From: the human T2T-CHM13v2.0 reference genome, Homo sapiens
Assembly: GCF_009914755.1 (NCBI RefSeq)
Contig: NC_060943.1
Direction: 5' to 3' (one strand)
Length of the DNA: 64,000 nucleotides
In this document: positions 1 through 14,566 of the stretch, piece by piece
Numbering within the stretch: the stretch's first letter is position 1
Layout: every line of letters starts with the position of its first letter
Translations under genes and position numbers: made by a program
The notes under the pieces: model-generated
What the model saw: the letters and a program-made list of their open reading frames with translations, nothing else
Databases searched by the model: none
Told to the model about the DNA's origin: nothing

Positions 1-349
1 GCTGGGGCAGAGGGTGGGGAATACATGGTGGCCTGGGACACAGCTGGGAAAGCAGCACCCACCCCCGCCATCCTCCTCCTGCCTGTGTTCCGTTGCTCCC
101 TGAACTAGAGCCTGGCCCCAGAGGACCACCCCACGCCTGCATCAGTCCACAGCATCCCGGTCTATGGATAGCTACCAAGAGGGGTGTTCATGTATCACAC
201 CCCCCAGCCTCAATCTAGTGACTCCATTCGTTTTCTTCTGGTGATTCATGTCTCAGGGCCGTTGTCAGCGGAACTAACCCCGTAGTATAAGTGACAAAAA
301 TAGGCCCTTTCAGGAATTTCGGCTCCAATCCAAATGGAAACACAAGAAC

Positions 350-376
350 GGGGGGGGGGGGGGGGGGGGGCGGGGG
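350..376 (+). repeat. G21 homopolymer plus G5 (G-quadruplex-capable)
   Basis: G at 350-370, then C and GGGGG. Confidence 0.95.
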
Positions 377-1922
377 CGCGGGCCTGCAAATCAACTAGGC
401 ACCAAAAGACCAAAGGGAAATAATGTTCCCCCACCCTGACCCACTCCCGTTAAGGCAGAGCTGCCTGTAACGGGCCATGGACATCAGGGCTGCCGGGATT
501 CCTGGACCCAGGAGAGCAGCTGCTGAAGGAGCTACGCCCCCTCTGCCCCCCGCCCTGAGAGTGCAGAGTCCTGTGCGGGACAGGGCAGCAGAAGGCTGTA
601 TTTACTGGTGCCAGGGTGTGGGTTCCCATTTCGGGATCTGCCGTACGAAACCCTCGCAGCGGCCCCTCCTGAGAGGAGAAGCACCCTGCCGGCCCACGAC
701 AGAGCTCACTCAGTGCACACAGAAGGCAAAGGAAAGCCCCTGCTGGCCAGGATTGGGAAGACAAAAGGGAGCCAAGCAAAACCCAAGGTGGGGAGGGCGC
801 CTGGGAAGAGGGGAAGGCCAGAGCCCAGATAGCTGCATGAGCGGCCAGGGCTGGACCGCCAGAGCCTGGGAGCCTGGGAGCCAGCGGCTCTGAGACTGTA
901 AATCTCGCCCTCCTTCCCGCCAGGACAGCTGTTCCCAGGACTCTCAGATTACTTGTTGCACAATCTTTCCACTTTTTTTTAAAGTGGGGGAGTGAAAAAA
1001 TAATAAAATCTCGGCAGCGGCAGGAGGGGTGTGGGGCACTCGTTCAGGAAACCAGGAGCATTCCCACTCCTCTCCCAAAGCAGAGGAGCCCAGAAGAGGG
1101 ACGCAGAGGCCAAGGGCAAAGGCCATGATCACACACTGGAAATCAGGATGTGATGGCCACAGCCCTCTAAGGTGTCTTGTCTTGTGAGGGCTAAAGCAGC
1201 ACACTGCCACGACCACGTCATGTCATTTTAGTTAATCAGGTCCCCTGACAATTTCAGCATCTGGGGTTTCCACTTGGTCACTCAGATCCTCAGATGAGAA
1301 GACTACAAAACCCCTGGTAGGAGAAGTCAACTAGAAAACAGGAGGTGCAAAAACCCAGAGGAAGGCAAGCTGGAGGCTTGGCTGGCATGGAAAGTGAAAA
1401 GTCAGCGGCCACCAGGAATGCTAATTGGATCCAAGAATACAGCCATTCACCCCAGTCACTCTGCTGCGAGTGGGGGCCCTAGCTTCGGGTGGCAAAGCCA
1501 GCCCTTCCTGGGCAGCCATGGGGTGCAGTGCCTCCTGCTGGCTGATGGATTACAAAAGCAGTGTGGGGAGAGTAACGGTTAGAGATGAAAGGGTGAAGGA
1601 TGGCGACAGGGAAGGCCAGGAGGCCAGTGAGCTGCCCACGGCATTCTGCATGCAGTTGTGGTAGAGAATGTGGGCATCTGGAGTCCTGGAGGGTCCTTCA
1701 GCCCACTTCAAGGCAAGTCTCCTCACTCACCTGGGAAGCAGAGGGCACCAGGCTGTCCAAGGGAAGAGGAATACTGACAAGGCCCGAGGTGCCACCTACC
1801 CCCACCCCATCTGTGCACACACACCTCAGAGCAACATGGCTCTCCCCAGCTGCCGTGAAGGGTCCTCAATCTTCCTTGGCACGATCAAGTTATTTACATG
1901 CACTGATTATTGAGGGTTAGCA

Positions 1923-1928
1923 TTTATT
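1923..1928 (-). terminator. Candidate poly(A) signal AATAAA for the isoform-B / intron-11 3' end
   Basis: Plus strand tttatt at 1923-1928, about 545 nt downstream of the isoform-B stop. Confidence 0.45.
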
Positions 1929-2471
1929 TCTAGTTAGAATAAAATCCCAGGGATGGGACAGGCCCGTGGGAGAACATGCAGGAGTCTACTGCCAAAACAC
2001 AGGTTTCCCACTGTGGATCCCCACTCCCCAGTCTGCCTGAGACCCTAGGGCCAGCTCTCAGGTGGTCTGCAGCACGCCAGCTCACTGACAGCTGCACCAG
2101 CCTAGCGGCAACCCCGTTGGCCGTAAACACAGGATGTTAGCTCCATCTCTCAGCAGGGGCTGGTCGCCAGGCCTTCTGGGCACCATGGCTCCCTCCCTAG
2201 CCTCTCCCCTGCGCCAGCCTGAGCATCTGCGCCCCTGAGAATAATGAGGAAAGTGCACACTTGGAGGAGAGCAGTCCCCTCTCCACTCCCACCTGGCACC
2301 CAGCATCACTACCTGCCTCCACCTCCCACTGAGGCTGCTGCTCAGAAGGTGGGCTCTAATGGGGAACCCAGGGTCCAACGTGCAGACCCACGGGGCTTGA
2401 AAAGAAGGGACTGTTAGTTAGAACTGCAGGAGGGACACGCAAGTCCAGGTGCGTGTGGAGTTAGGGCAGAT

Positions 2472-2698
2472 TCAGGAGCAGCCAACACAGCAACGAGCAC
2501 ACTCTGGGGAGGGGTAGGCAATGGCTGGGGCCCAGGTGATGGCAGGGCCAGCAGCAGACTGGCGATGCGGCTGGCCAGCTGCAGTCTGCTCCACATCCAC
2601 CAGAAACCAGCGAAGCATCTCCCTGAAGCGGCCGCACTGCACGTGACTGTGATACGGGGAAGGCCCTGGGGACACGAAGTCTCCACTGGTGCAGAAAG
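2472..2698 (-). CDS. BRD4: BRD4 isoform B terminal coding exon (AFCTSGDFVSPGPSPY...RCCVGCS*)
   Basis: Acceptor cacccag|CT at 2698, phase 1 with exon 11 (G|CT = Ala), 75 aa to TGA at 2472-2474. Total 794 aa matches the recalled isoform-B C-terminus. Confidence 0.92.
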
Positions 2699-3064
2699 CT
2701 GGGTGTGGTCACATCAAGGTCAACAGCACAGCCTGGACCCCCACGCCCACAGTCCTCATGGCCCAGCTTCCCCGCCCACCATCCAGGGCTCCGCAGTGTC
2801 AACGCCCTTGGCCATTCATCCTCCATGACCAGACCCTGGCAGGGAGAGCATAACGGCCAGGCCGAGAGAATGGACACTACTGCACAGAGTGCAGGGCTAT
2901 TCATGGCCCCAGGGAGACAGTTAACAAAGAGACAGACAGACAGAGGAACCCAGCAAGTTCTGGGAGTGCCGTCTCTGGGCTCTAGCATCCTGGACACAGG
3001 ACCGAGCTAGTGCCAGGCACAGGTGGGAAGAGTTTGGTAAGACACGTAGAACACAAGTCACCTA

Positions 3065-3202
<138 letters not shown>

Positions 3203-3960
3203 TCAGGCAGGGCTGTGGCCCAGGAAGCCGCTCTAAGCCATGGGCACACCCCATCCATCTGGAGGAAGGACCAGTGAGGAGCCTGTGCACGGTGGGCCCA
3301 GGGGCTGCTCCCAACTGCCAGCTGCCACTCCCAGAACCCACGTGGTCCCACAGTTCCCATGGGTAGACTGCTTACAATGGAATTTCAAGGTTCCTTCAAT
3401 CTCTCAAAAAGTCTCCTTTGGGGGGTTTATCAAGGATTCAAGAGACCAGGCAGAAGGATAATTTCCTAACACAAGGTACCGCTGGGCATAAGGCTTGGAT
3501 TCTCCCAGTTACTCTTCTAGCAGGGGAAGAAGAAGATCCAAAAGGAACATGCTGCCAAAAGGTAACGCAAGGCAGGGAGAGACCCCCGGGGGTCTCTCAG
3601 CACAGCTGTTCAGACGCACGCTGGAATCATCATGTGGTGTGCCCCAGGTAGGGGCCCAAGGACCCCAGGAGCTAGTCAGGGCTGGGGACAAAGACTGTGT
3701 GCAATGCCCTGACACCGATCCTCAGAGGAAAGCCGTAGGCCAGGATGAGCTGTGTGACACAAAAGAGCTGCCTGGAAGAGTCCAGAAAGGATGCCACACC
3801 GAACTGTCCCTGCTAGAGAGGGACAGAGGCTGGCTCAGTGCTGCATAACGTATCGGTACACAGGTCCTGGGACCCTGCAGACCCGCCTTTCCTCCTTCCC
3901 CAAAGAGGCCGGAGGAAGACTCAGCAGCAGGTAGCCTGGGTTGAAAGCAGCTCCGGCTTA

Positions 3961-4653
<693 letters not shown>

Positions 4654-4978
4654 TCAATCTCTGGGAGCACCCAGTGGAGACCGAAGCAAACTGTGACTGG
4701 AGGCTGCCCAAGTGGGGGATGCACTACAGCCCCATCCTTGCCGCCTATCCTCCCCAACCAAACATGGTGAGCTCCGAAGGCTCATCCTACAGAAAGAGGC
4801 AGAGACAGTGCAGCTAAGTCCTGTGTGCAAGTGGCCACCAGCCTGGCCTGTGAAGCCACGGCTGCAGAGGGGCAGCCTCCGCACCCAATGAGGACAGGGA
4901 GGGGCAGTGGCCCACACAGTCTCAGAGCAAGCCCTGGAAGGAGGGTCCCCACCCAGGACAAATTCAGGGGACACAGAC

Positions 4979-5178
4979 CTCACATTGCTGTTGCTGCTAT
5001 TATTTTTCTTCGTCTTTTTAGGAGGAGGTTCCTTGGCTTTGCTTTTTTTATTCTCTTCCACTTCCTCTTTCCTTTTGTGCTTTTCTTTTTTCTTTTCCTT
5101 CTTGTCTTTCTCCTTTTTCTTTGGTTTGTTCTGCTGGGGCTGAGAGAGGGCTGCAAGCTGCTCGTGCACGGCTTTGAG
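4979..5178 (-). CDS. BRD4: BRD4 exon 9 (coiled coil and lysine-rich basic region)
   Basis: 200 nt, ctacag|CTC ... GTGAG|gtctgt; encodes [35 protein letters not shown]... Confidence 0.98.
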
Positions 5179-5716
5179 CTGTAGACCAGACAGGCAAGAC
5201 ACACACTCAGGGCTGAAACCACCTTCCTGTCACCCAAGACCCAGGCGTCTGCTCCAAAAAACATGCGACAGCATGCACCTGGGGCATCAGGGTGTGGGCA
5301 TAGGGGAGGCAGGGGAAGGGAAGGCCCCCAGCTTTGCGCCTGTCATGTTAACCAGATTCCTAACAAGACTATCTCCACCCATTCACTCAACTCCAAAGAC
5401 TGCCAGTGTCTTCCTCACCAGAGGAGCTGATCAAGCCGACAGACACCAAGTCTCACGGCCATCCTGATCGCAGAAGGAGGGCCCCTAAGAATCTAAGTAA
5501 GAGCACACGGACACGTCAGGCACGAAGGGCCTGATGACTGGCTATAGGGAGAGGAGCAAACAGGTAGCCCCAGGAGAGACGAACATCCTGGCTCAACCTC
5601 CTCCTTCCAGATACTGAAAGGATCAAGCCACCTCCTCTCTGCCCAGAAAATGGCCATGTCCCTCCCCATCCCCAACCGCAAGCTCAACACATATATCATA
5701 CATACGTGTATGATCA

Positions 5717-6139
<423 letters not shown>

Positions 6140-7247
6140 CTAGCATCACCTGCCCTCATTGGCTGCTGGGGCCAACTCAACAGAAAGCAACCGAGGGCGA
6201 AAGAGGATGGTGATCCTGTCTCTTTGCTGCCGAGACAGGGGCAAGGGCCAGCCAAGGGCCTCTGACAACTCTTGCAACACTCTTCTCTCAAATCTCACTT
6301 TGAAGAACAAGGTGGTCCAGAGATAGCGGGGCACTCACTCCCTGGAGGACACCGCCCAGGCAAGGACATGAGACCCAGGCCACTAAGACAGCCAGCTCAC
6401 TGAAGTCTGAGATGGTACTGGACCAAGGGCATCCTCAAACCCCAAAACAGTTAGCCGAGGCTCCCACCAGATGCGTGCGGGGGAGCAGGAGTTGTCTGTG
6501 GTTTGAGAGGGCATTCCAGGCAGAGGACACAGCACACGCAGAGGTCCCCGGTGGGAATGTACCTGCCACAAGCGCACCTCCTCTAGGGGACTAGGCTCTG
6601 CTGTAGCAGACACGGTTCTAAGTCGGTCTCCTCATTCCTCAGATAGCCCCTGCAGCACTTAACCAAGCAGGGCTGCACCACTGGAGGAGGCATCTCCAGC
6701 ACACACAGGACAAGGTAAGAGAGGTTTAGGCAGCAGGTGTGGGGCACTGAGGACAGGCTACAGGAGGGAGCCACTGTGCGCAGGAGACCCTAAGACCTTT
6801 CAACCCTAAGATCCAGCAATCAGATGGAACCACGTGGGGTCATGGAGCTCAGGGAACAGCAGCCATGCATGGACACTGGGGTCTGGCCACACATACTGCC
6901 AGCCAGCTGTCAAGTCCCTGCCCTACCCCGGGGGCGCTGTGCTCAATCCAGTGATGGCTCAAGACAGAGGCAGAAGCACAGGCCTGGCTTCCCAGCAGGA
7001 TTCTGGGACCCGCTTCAAACCAGGAATAAACTGATCATCGTGGAAACACACCATGGCAAAGACCTTCCCCCAAATGTGTGTCAGTGCTTCAGAGAGGACC
7101 ACGGCCCTGGAATCCCCTCCTGATGGCTCAGGAAACACTCCTTGAGGCTTCCTCTCCCACGCTGCTGGAGCAGGCATCCCATATAACTGTGGTGTTGATT
7201 CCCTCCCCTCCAGGACACCCGGAGTATGACTTCTTTTAGCCAATAAC

Positions 7248-7498
7248 TTTTTTTTTGGAGACAGTCTTCACCCAGGCTGGAGTGCAGTGGCGCAATCTCA
7301 GCTCACTGTAACCTCTGTCTCCCAAGTAGCTGGAATTACAGGTGCACACCACCATGCCCAACTAATTTTTGTATTTTTAGCAGAGGCAGCGTTCTACCAT
7401 GTTGGCCAGGCTGGTCTTAAACTCCTGACCTCAACAGATCCACTTGCCACAGCCTCCCAAAGGGTTGGGATGACCAGCGTGAGCCACTGCGCCTGGCC
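7248..7498 (-). mobile_element. Alu (S-like, internally deleted)
   Basis: Reverse Alu consensus, flanked by duplicated caataacttttt. Confidence 0.9.
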
Positions 7499-7506
7499 CA
7501 ATAACT

Positions 7507-7808
7507 TTTTTCTTTCTTTCTTCTTCTTCTTCTTTTTGGAGATAGGGCCTTGCTCTGTTGCCCAGGGTGGAATGCAATCAATGGCTCAATCATGGCTCAC
7601 TACAGCCTCATCCTCCTAGGCTCAAGAGATCCTCCTGCCTCAGCCTCCTTGAGAACTGAGACCACCATGCCCAGCTAAATTTTTGTGCAGACAGGGTTTT
7701 GACATGTTGCCCAGGCTGGTCTCCAACTCCTGGGATCAAGGGATCCTCCCACAAGGTGGTCTACAATGAAAAGTGCCAGGATTACAGGCATGAGCCACTG
7801 CACCCAGC
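7507..7808 (-). mobile_element. Alu (J-like)
   Basis: Reverse Alu consensus with degenerate T-rich tail. Confidence 0.9.
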
Positions 7809-10120
7809 AAATACCTTTATTCAGAAATAACTCCTTGAGCAGGTCTGAGACAAGGAAGAAGATACACAACAAGGGACGACCAGAGGCCATCACCAGTTAG
7901 CCTCCCAGGAGTGGGGCCCAGGGAGGAAAAGGTGGGGGGCTTCACATCAGAGTGGAGGCCCCAGTGAGAGAGTAAGACAGATCCCTAGCCCTGCAGCACC
8001 CGGCTACGTGGCAGGTGGGTAGTGCCCTGGATGTGGGTGGGCTCAGGTCCCAAAATGACTCCAAGAGGCAGCTGGGGCCACATGAGCTTCTGGAAGAGCC
8101 AGGCCTGCTGCCAAGCAGCAGGAAGCAGGTTAGAGAAGTGGGCCTCAGAAGTGCCAGGACATCATGAAGGGAGATAATCAGCTATGCCTCCCAGGACAAA
8201 GGGAGTGCCCTCTACTGAGTGGTAGCTACCTCAGCGAACTGGTCTGTAAGCCTGGGCCAGCTTCAAGACTTGAGGATGTCCTTGTTCCTCCCCACCAGGT
8301 GATGACTGTTGGGTAAATGCTGGGGTGGGGGTGTGTGGCATTCACTCTGAGGCCTCCTTCCATTCCCTGGGTGCTCATGGCCCTGGCTCTCCAAAGGCCC
8401 CAACAACAAAGAGCAAAAAATACAAGACACAAAGTCAGCTAAGATGAGAAACTAACATTGGTGGGACTGGGAACTGCCAGCTTCCTGGCGTGTCCAGTTG
8501 TGTGACCCTGTCATCCTTCCCTGTCTCTTGGATGTGAGAACTCTTGTTGTAGCCTGAGTGGGGGGCATCCTGGGAAACCCACAAGCCAGTGGGCCCAGGG
8601 CTGCTGTAGGAAAACCTTGCTGTGTGGCTTCAACAGTCACAAGTCTCCAAGTACCAGCTTGATGGTAGACAGGAATGACGAGCTCCCTGTTCAAGGAGCT
8701 CAGTCTAGCTGGAAACAGAAAGGTGAATGAACACATGGGCAGCAAGGGGTTGCCATGAACTGGAAGTGTGCTGAGACCTAAGAGTGAAAAGAACACAGTC
8801 AGGGGTGCTATGGGGCCAGCAAGAGGACAGTAAAGCCCAATTCAAGATGCACCGAGGCAAGCCTCTCACAAGGGAGGATGGTGATGGTGAGGGGTAGCAG
8901 GCACCAGCACCCGCCAGGGAACACCGAGTGCAGGCATTCTGTTGGGCTGACAGTCTCTTGAGACCCAGCTGAGGCCCAGCCCCCTGCCCGGCATCCCACA
9001 GACCTACACCTCACTCCTCTGGAGGTCTGGGTCTGAGGTCATGCTTCTCAGTTTCAGCACACCTCACTGGTTTCAGACAAGTATCTCAGCTGTCAGGCTG
9101 TGGAACACAGGTTTTCTCAATGACCCGAGAATTTAGAGGCTCAGAGAGAAAAATAAAGTGGCTCCTTTTCCAAGTAACTTTCCAGATAATCCCACTTCTT
9201 GGGCCCAGCCAAATTAAGAGACCCAATTAAGCAGGTCCCAATAGCTCCTGAAGAAGTGAGCAAGGGCTGGAAGCTTTGTCCCTCCCCTTCCCTGATGGAG
9301 AATTTGCTCTCTACCTGCTGATGCAGAGAAAGTAGAGAGAAGTAAGAAAAACAAAGCCTGAAATGCCACAAACACAACTGCCCACTGAAGAGAAGCCTGC
9401 TCTGGAACCCTCCACCATCAACTCTGTTGCTCAAACAGAAACACCTCTACCAAGCACTGGCAGAGAGGTGTCCCTCCCAAGGGCAGGCGAAACAGGCTGG
9501 GCCAGAGGCAGCCCACCTACAGCACCCCCCACCCCTTGCCTGCACTAGGCCCCCTTGAGATTGAGGCCTGTGTCCACTCCAGTCCGGCACCTGGAGCCCG
9601 TGTGTAGGAAGAAACTCTACTGCTGCAGTGTCTGTGGTGTGACAGACATCCAGTGGCCTTGGTAAACTCTACATTCAGGCAGGCTTACTCCCCTCTCAGA
9701 AGGAGAAAAATGCAAAAAAAAAAAAAAAAAACCACTTAAAACCCAAAAATCTTTGTTGGAGAAAATCTGCGAAAAGGAGGTGGCTCCAGGGTGTCAGGAG
9801 AGGACAGAAAAAATGAGACAAAAATGAGGAAGGAAGGGCTAGAACACATCAGAGGGTGCTTTTTCTTTTCTTTCTCTTAGTAAAGTAGCTCAAAACAGTC
9901 ACCTTTGGTGCTGGAAGAGAATTTGTTTCTGCTGAGTTCTTCCTATGAGAGTAGATGAAGGGCATGGGTATCAATGTGAGCAGTGTGGGCAAAAGCTGCG
10001 CCCCTGTCTTCTCAAGAGAGTGGGAGAGAGGGAGCGGTGGAGGAGTTGAAGGCACCAATCTGAGGGCGCCACTGCCACCGGGTGGCCCTGAACAAAAACT
10101 GCATTGAAATTAAAAAGTCT

Positions 10121-10423
10121 GGCCGGGCACGGTGGCTCACGCCTGTAATTCCAGCACTTTGGGAGGCCCAGGCAGGCAGATCATGAGGTCAGAAGTTCAA
10201 GACCAGCCTGACCAATCGGCAAAACCCCCTCTCTACTAAAAAACAAAAATTAGCTGGGCGTGGTGGCGTGCGCCTGTAATCCCAGCTACTCAGGAGGCTG
10301 AGGCAGGAGAACTGCTTGAACCAGGAGGCGGAGGTTGCAGTGAGCTGAGGTCGTGCCACTGCACTCCAGCCTGGGCGACAGAAAGAGACTCCATCTCAAA
10401 AAAAAAAGAAAGAAAGAAAGAAA
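10121..10423 (+). mobile_element. Alu (S-like)
   Basis: GGCCGGGCACGGTGGCTCAC start, A/AAAG tail, TSD gaaattaaaaag(t/c)ct. Confidence 0.95.
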
Positions 10424-10574
10424 GAAATTAAAAAGCCTGAACTCCTTCAAGGATGGGAAATGCAAACATGAATGATGAAGGGGCAATGTTGTTTGTGAAG
10501 AAGGCACACAGACAACACCAAAGTGAAGAGAGGGCAACAATTCCCCAAGTCACAGAAAATAAAACTAAGAAACA

Positions 10575-10840
10575 GGCCAGGTGCCGTGGCTCATGCCTGT
10601 AATCCTGGTAGTATGGGAGGCTGAAGCAGGTGGATCACCTAAGCCCAGGAGTTTGAGACCAGCCTGGGCAATACAGTGACATGCCATCTCTACCAAAATA
10701 CAAAAATTAGCCAGGCATGGTGGCACACGCTTGCTGTCCTACCTGAGAGGCTCAATTGAGCACAGCAGGTTGAGGCTACAGTAAGCAGAATGACACCCCG
10801 TTTCCAAAAATAAATAAATAAAAAAAAGTAGAAATAAAAA
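10575..10840 (+). mobile_element. Alu (J-like, deleted in right arm)
   Basis: Alu consensus with internal deletions. Confidence 0.85.
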
Positions 10841-11347
10841 GCTCCAAGCCTGAGCATGCATTTAAATAACAAGAGCCACATCCACACTAGTAAGAAAGAG
10901 ACCAACAAACTTCACAAGGGAAGTGTTTATCCTACCTCAAGAGTTTGAGCACATGTCCTCTGAACCCAAGGCAGCCCCTGATCCACAGAGAATAGGAGAG
11001 ACAGTGCCTTAGGTCCAGTGGGAGCAGGTACGGGCTGCTATGCTGGGGAGTCTAGGACAACATGAGAACTAGTGCAGCTGGGAGGCAGGCAGGCAGTGGG
11101 GCTCTGCCTGGCACCGATCCACAGGTCACCAAAGGCTTTCCAAGTCCTCACTTCTGCCCTGGAAGCAGATGGCTGCGACAGCCAGGTGTGCAGAAGCCCG
11201 CTGAGGCCTACAATGAGCACATCAGCACCTCATGATGGCTCTGACCCTGAGAACAGAAGCAACCCATGGCCTTGGGGAGAAGATGCTGGGAATTTTTATG
11301 ATCATTTATCTACAGTCTTAAAGAATTTAAAAAAGAAGATGAGTCTC

Positions 11348-11682
<335 letters not shown>

Positions 11683-12335
11683 CTAAATATTGACTTTATT
11701 CTCCAAAATTTTTAACCCAATCTTATTATTCAAAGAAAGTCATTTTTTAAACTTAGGTATTTTTCCTTTTTTAAAAAAATTAAGTTTACACATCTATGCT
11801 GTAACCTCCCCTCCCCGCCCACACGTGTACTTCACACTGTGCACCACCCAGGCTCTCAACTTGAAGGAAGTGACCCAGGACCCCCAATCAGAATTGTGGC
11901 CATGTGGAAACAACCACTCTGCAGCTAGAAGGCTCTTACGGCTCTGGTGGAGGGATGTCCACAGTGCAGATGTCCTCAGCTCACGACTGTGACAGCGACT
12001 TCTCGGCAAGAGTGCCCCCCACCCCCAACCCACTTGAGACAGGTGTGTTTTGTAGAAGAGACTGGGCCATGCACAGCACACACCCGGTCTTCCAGCCAAA
12101 AGCAAATGAGTGCTGGTGGAGGGGGCTTGCAGTGGAACACCCACTCTGCTTTAATTGAATAACCCCAACTTAAAATGTATGCACTAGGCTGACTTTAGGC
12201 ACTTTTCTAAAGCAACATGGCATTATCCCAAGGAAAGTGACAGAAAAAAAAACTCTGCCAAGGCCCACAGAAGTCTGCTCCCACGAGGACCTCAGCCTGC
12301 TCTGCTGAGGGTGGCTGCGCCCTCCCAAGCCTCAC

Positions 12336-12464
12336 CTGGAGCTTGCGGGCCATGGCCACCACCTCATGGTCAGGAGGGTTGTACTTATAGCAGTTGGAGA
12401 ACATCAATCGGACGTCAGCACCAAACTCCTGAGCATCACGGTACTCACGGGCCTCCAGTTTAGA
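12336..12464 (-). CDS. BRD4: BRD4 exon 7 (bromodomain 2)
   Basis: 129 nt, ttccag|TCT ... CAG|gtgagg; encodes [43 protein letters not shown]. Confidence 0.98.
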
Positions 12465-13157
12465 CTGGAAAACAAGACAAGTCCCTGTTAGCTGTGTCTG
12501 CCCATGTGACCATGGAGAAGTGGCTGGCAGCAGACGAAAGGGATGCCTAGAAGAGCAAGTTGGTTTCTTGGCTCTCAGTTTGGTCAAGACTCTAGTGGGG
12601 GGACAGGCCATCACCCCAGTTCTCAGCCTCAGGGCTGGGACTGGCCCTGCCAACATCCCAGCTCACCTGCCTGGCTCGCAGGCAGGTGGACTCAGAACCC
12701 ACAGGAGGCGGAGCCTGAGCCAGAAATGACGGGGAGAACTGATGGAGAGGGCTGGGCCCAGCTCATCGTGATGACACAGTACAGGAGCTGGTCAAAGGGA
12801 CACAGCACTGTTCCCTGCTCTGCCTGCCCCATGCTTGGGACTCCACTCCCAGAAGAAGAAACACGTAACAAGTCTTAAAACTAAAAAAGCCTCAAAACAC
12901 TATGGTGAAAATGTCGGCACTTACAGCGTGCCTCCAACACAGAGGAGACAGCAAGGCCTTCTCCACCACAAAGAGGCTGGCAAGGCCGCCAAGCCCCAAC
13001 TCCCATGGAGCATCTACTGTGTGGGCAAGGTACCTGGGGCACTGGGCCCCCAAGGCCAGAGGGCTTGTCTTGCTTTTCCTCAGACTAGGGGAAGGGGCAG
13101 CACAGGCATCTGTAGCCACAATGGCCAAGCACCAGGTCTCAGAGCACGTCCCACAGC

Positions 13158-13176
13158 AGACAGCAGGGGGCGCTGA
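13158..13176 (+). promoter_or_regulatory. CTCF consensus-like motif
   Basis: AGACAGCAGGGGGCGCTGA versus core CCASYAGRKGGCRS. Confidence 0.5.
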
Positions 13177-13253
13177 GTTTCTTCGAGTTGGCGGGAAAAA
13201 TCCACGCAGCCACCGTTCCAGGGCCTGGGCTTCCTCTTGGACTAAAAGGTCTA

Positions 13254-13997
<744 letters not shown>

Positions 13998-14092
13998 TCA
14001 GAGACTATTTAGATGGCCCATCTGCAAATATGCACAGTCTAAATAAAAGAGGTGCAGGGGGCAGGAACCCACTAGGAGGTGTGACACAATTA

Positions 14093-14566
<474 letters not shown>

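Noticed and set aside
2461-2997. 178-aa minus ORF overlapping the isoform-B exon in another frame
   Set aside because: Not reachable from exon 11 because of the immediate TAG, no recognisable domain, and expected in GC-rich DNA
10072-10090. Palindromic CTCF-like GCCACCGGGTGGC
   Set aside because: Lacks the nearly invariant AG of the core on both strands
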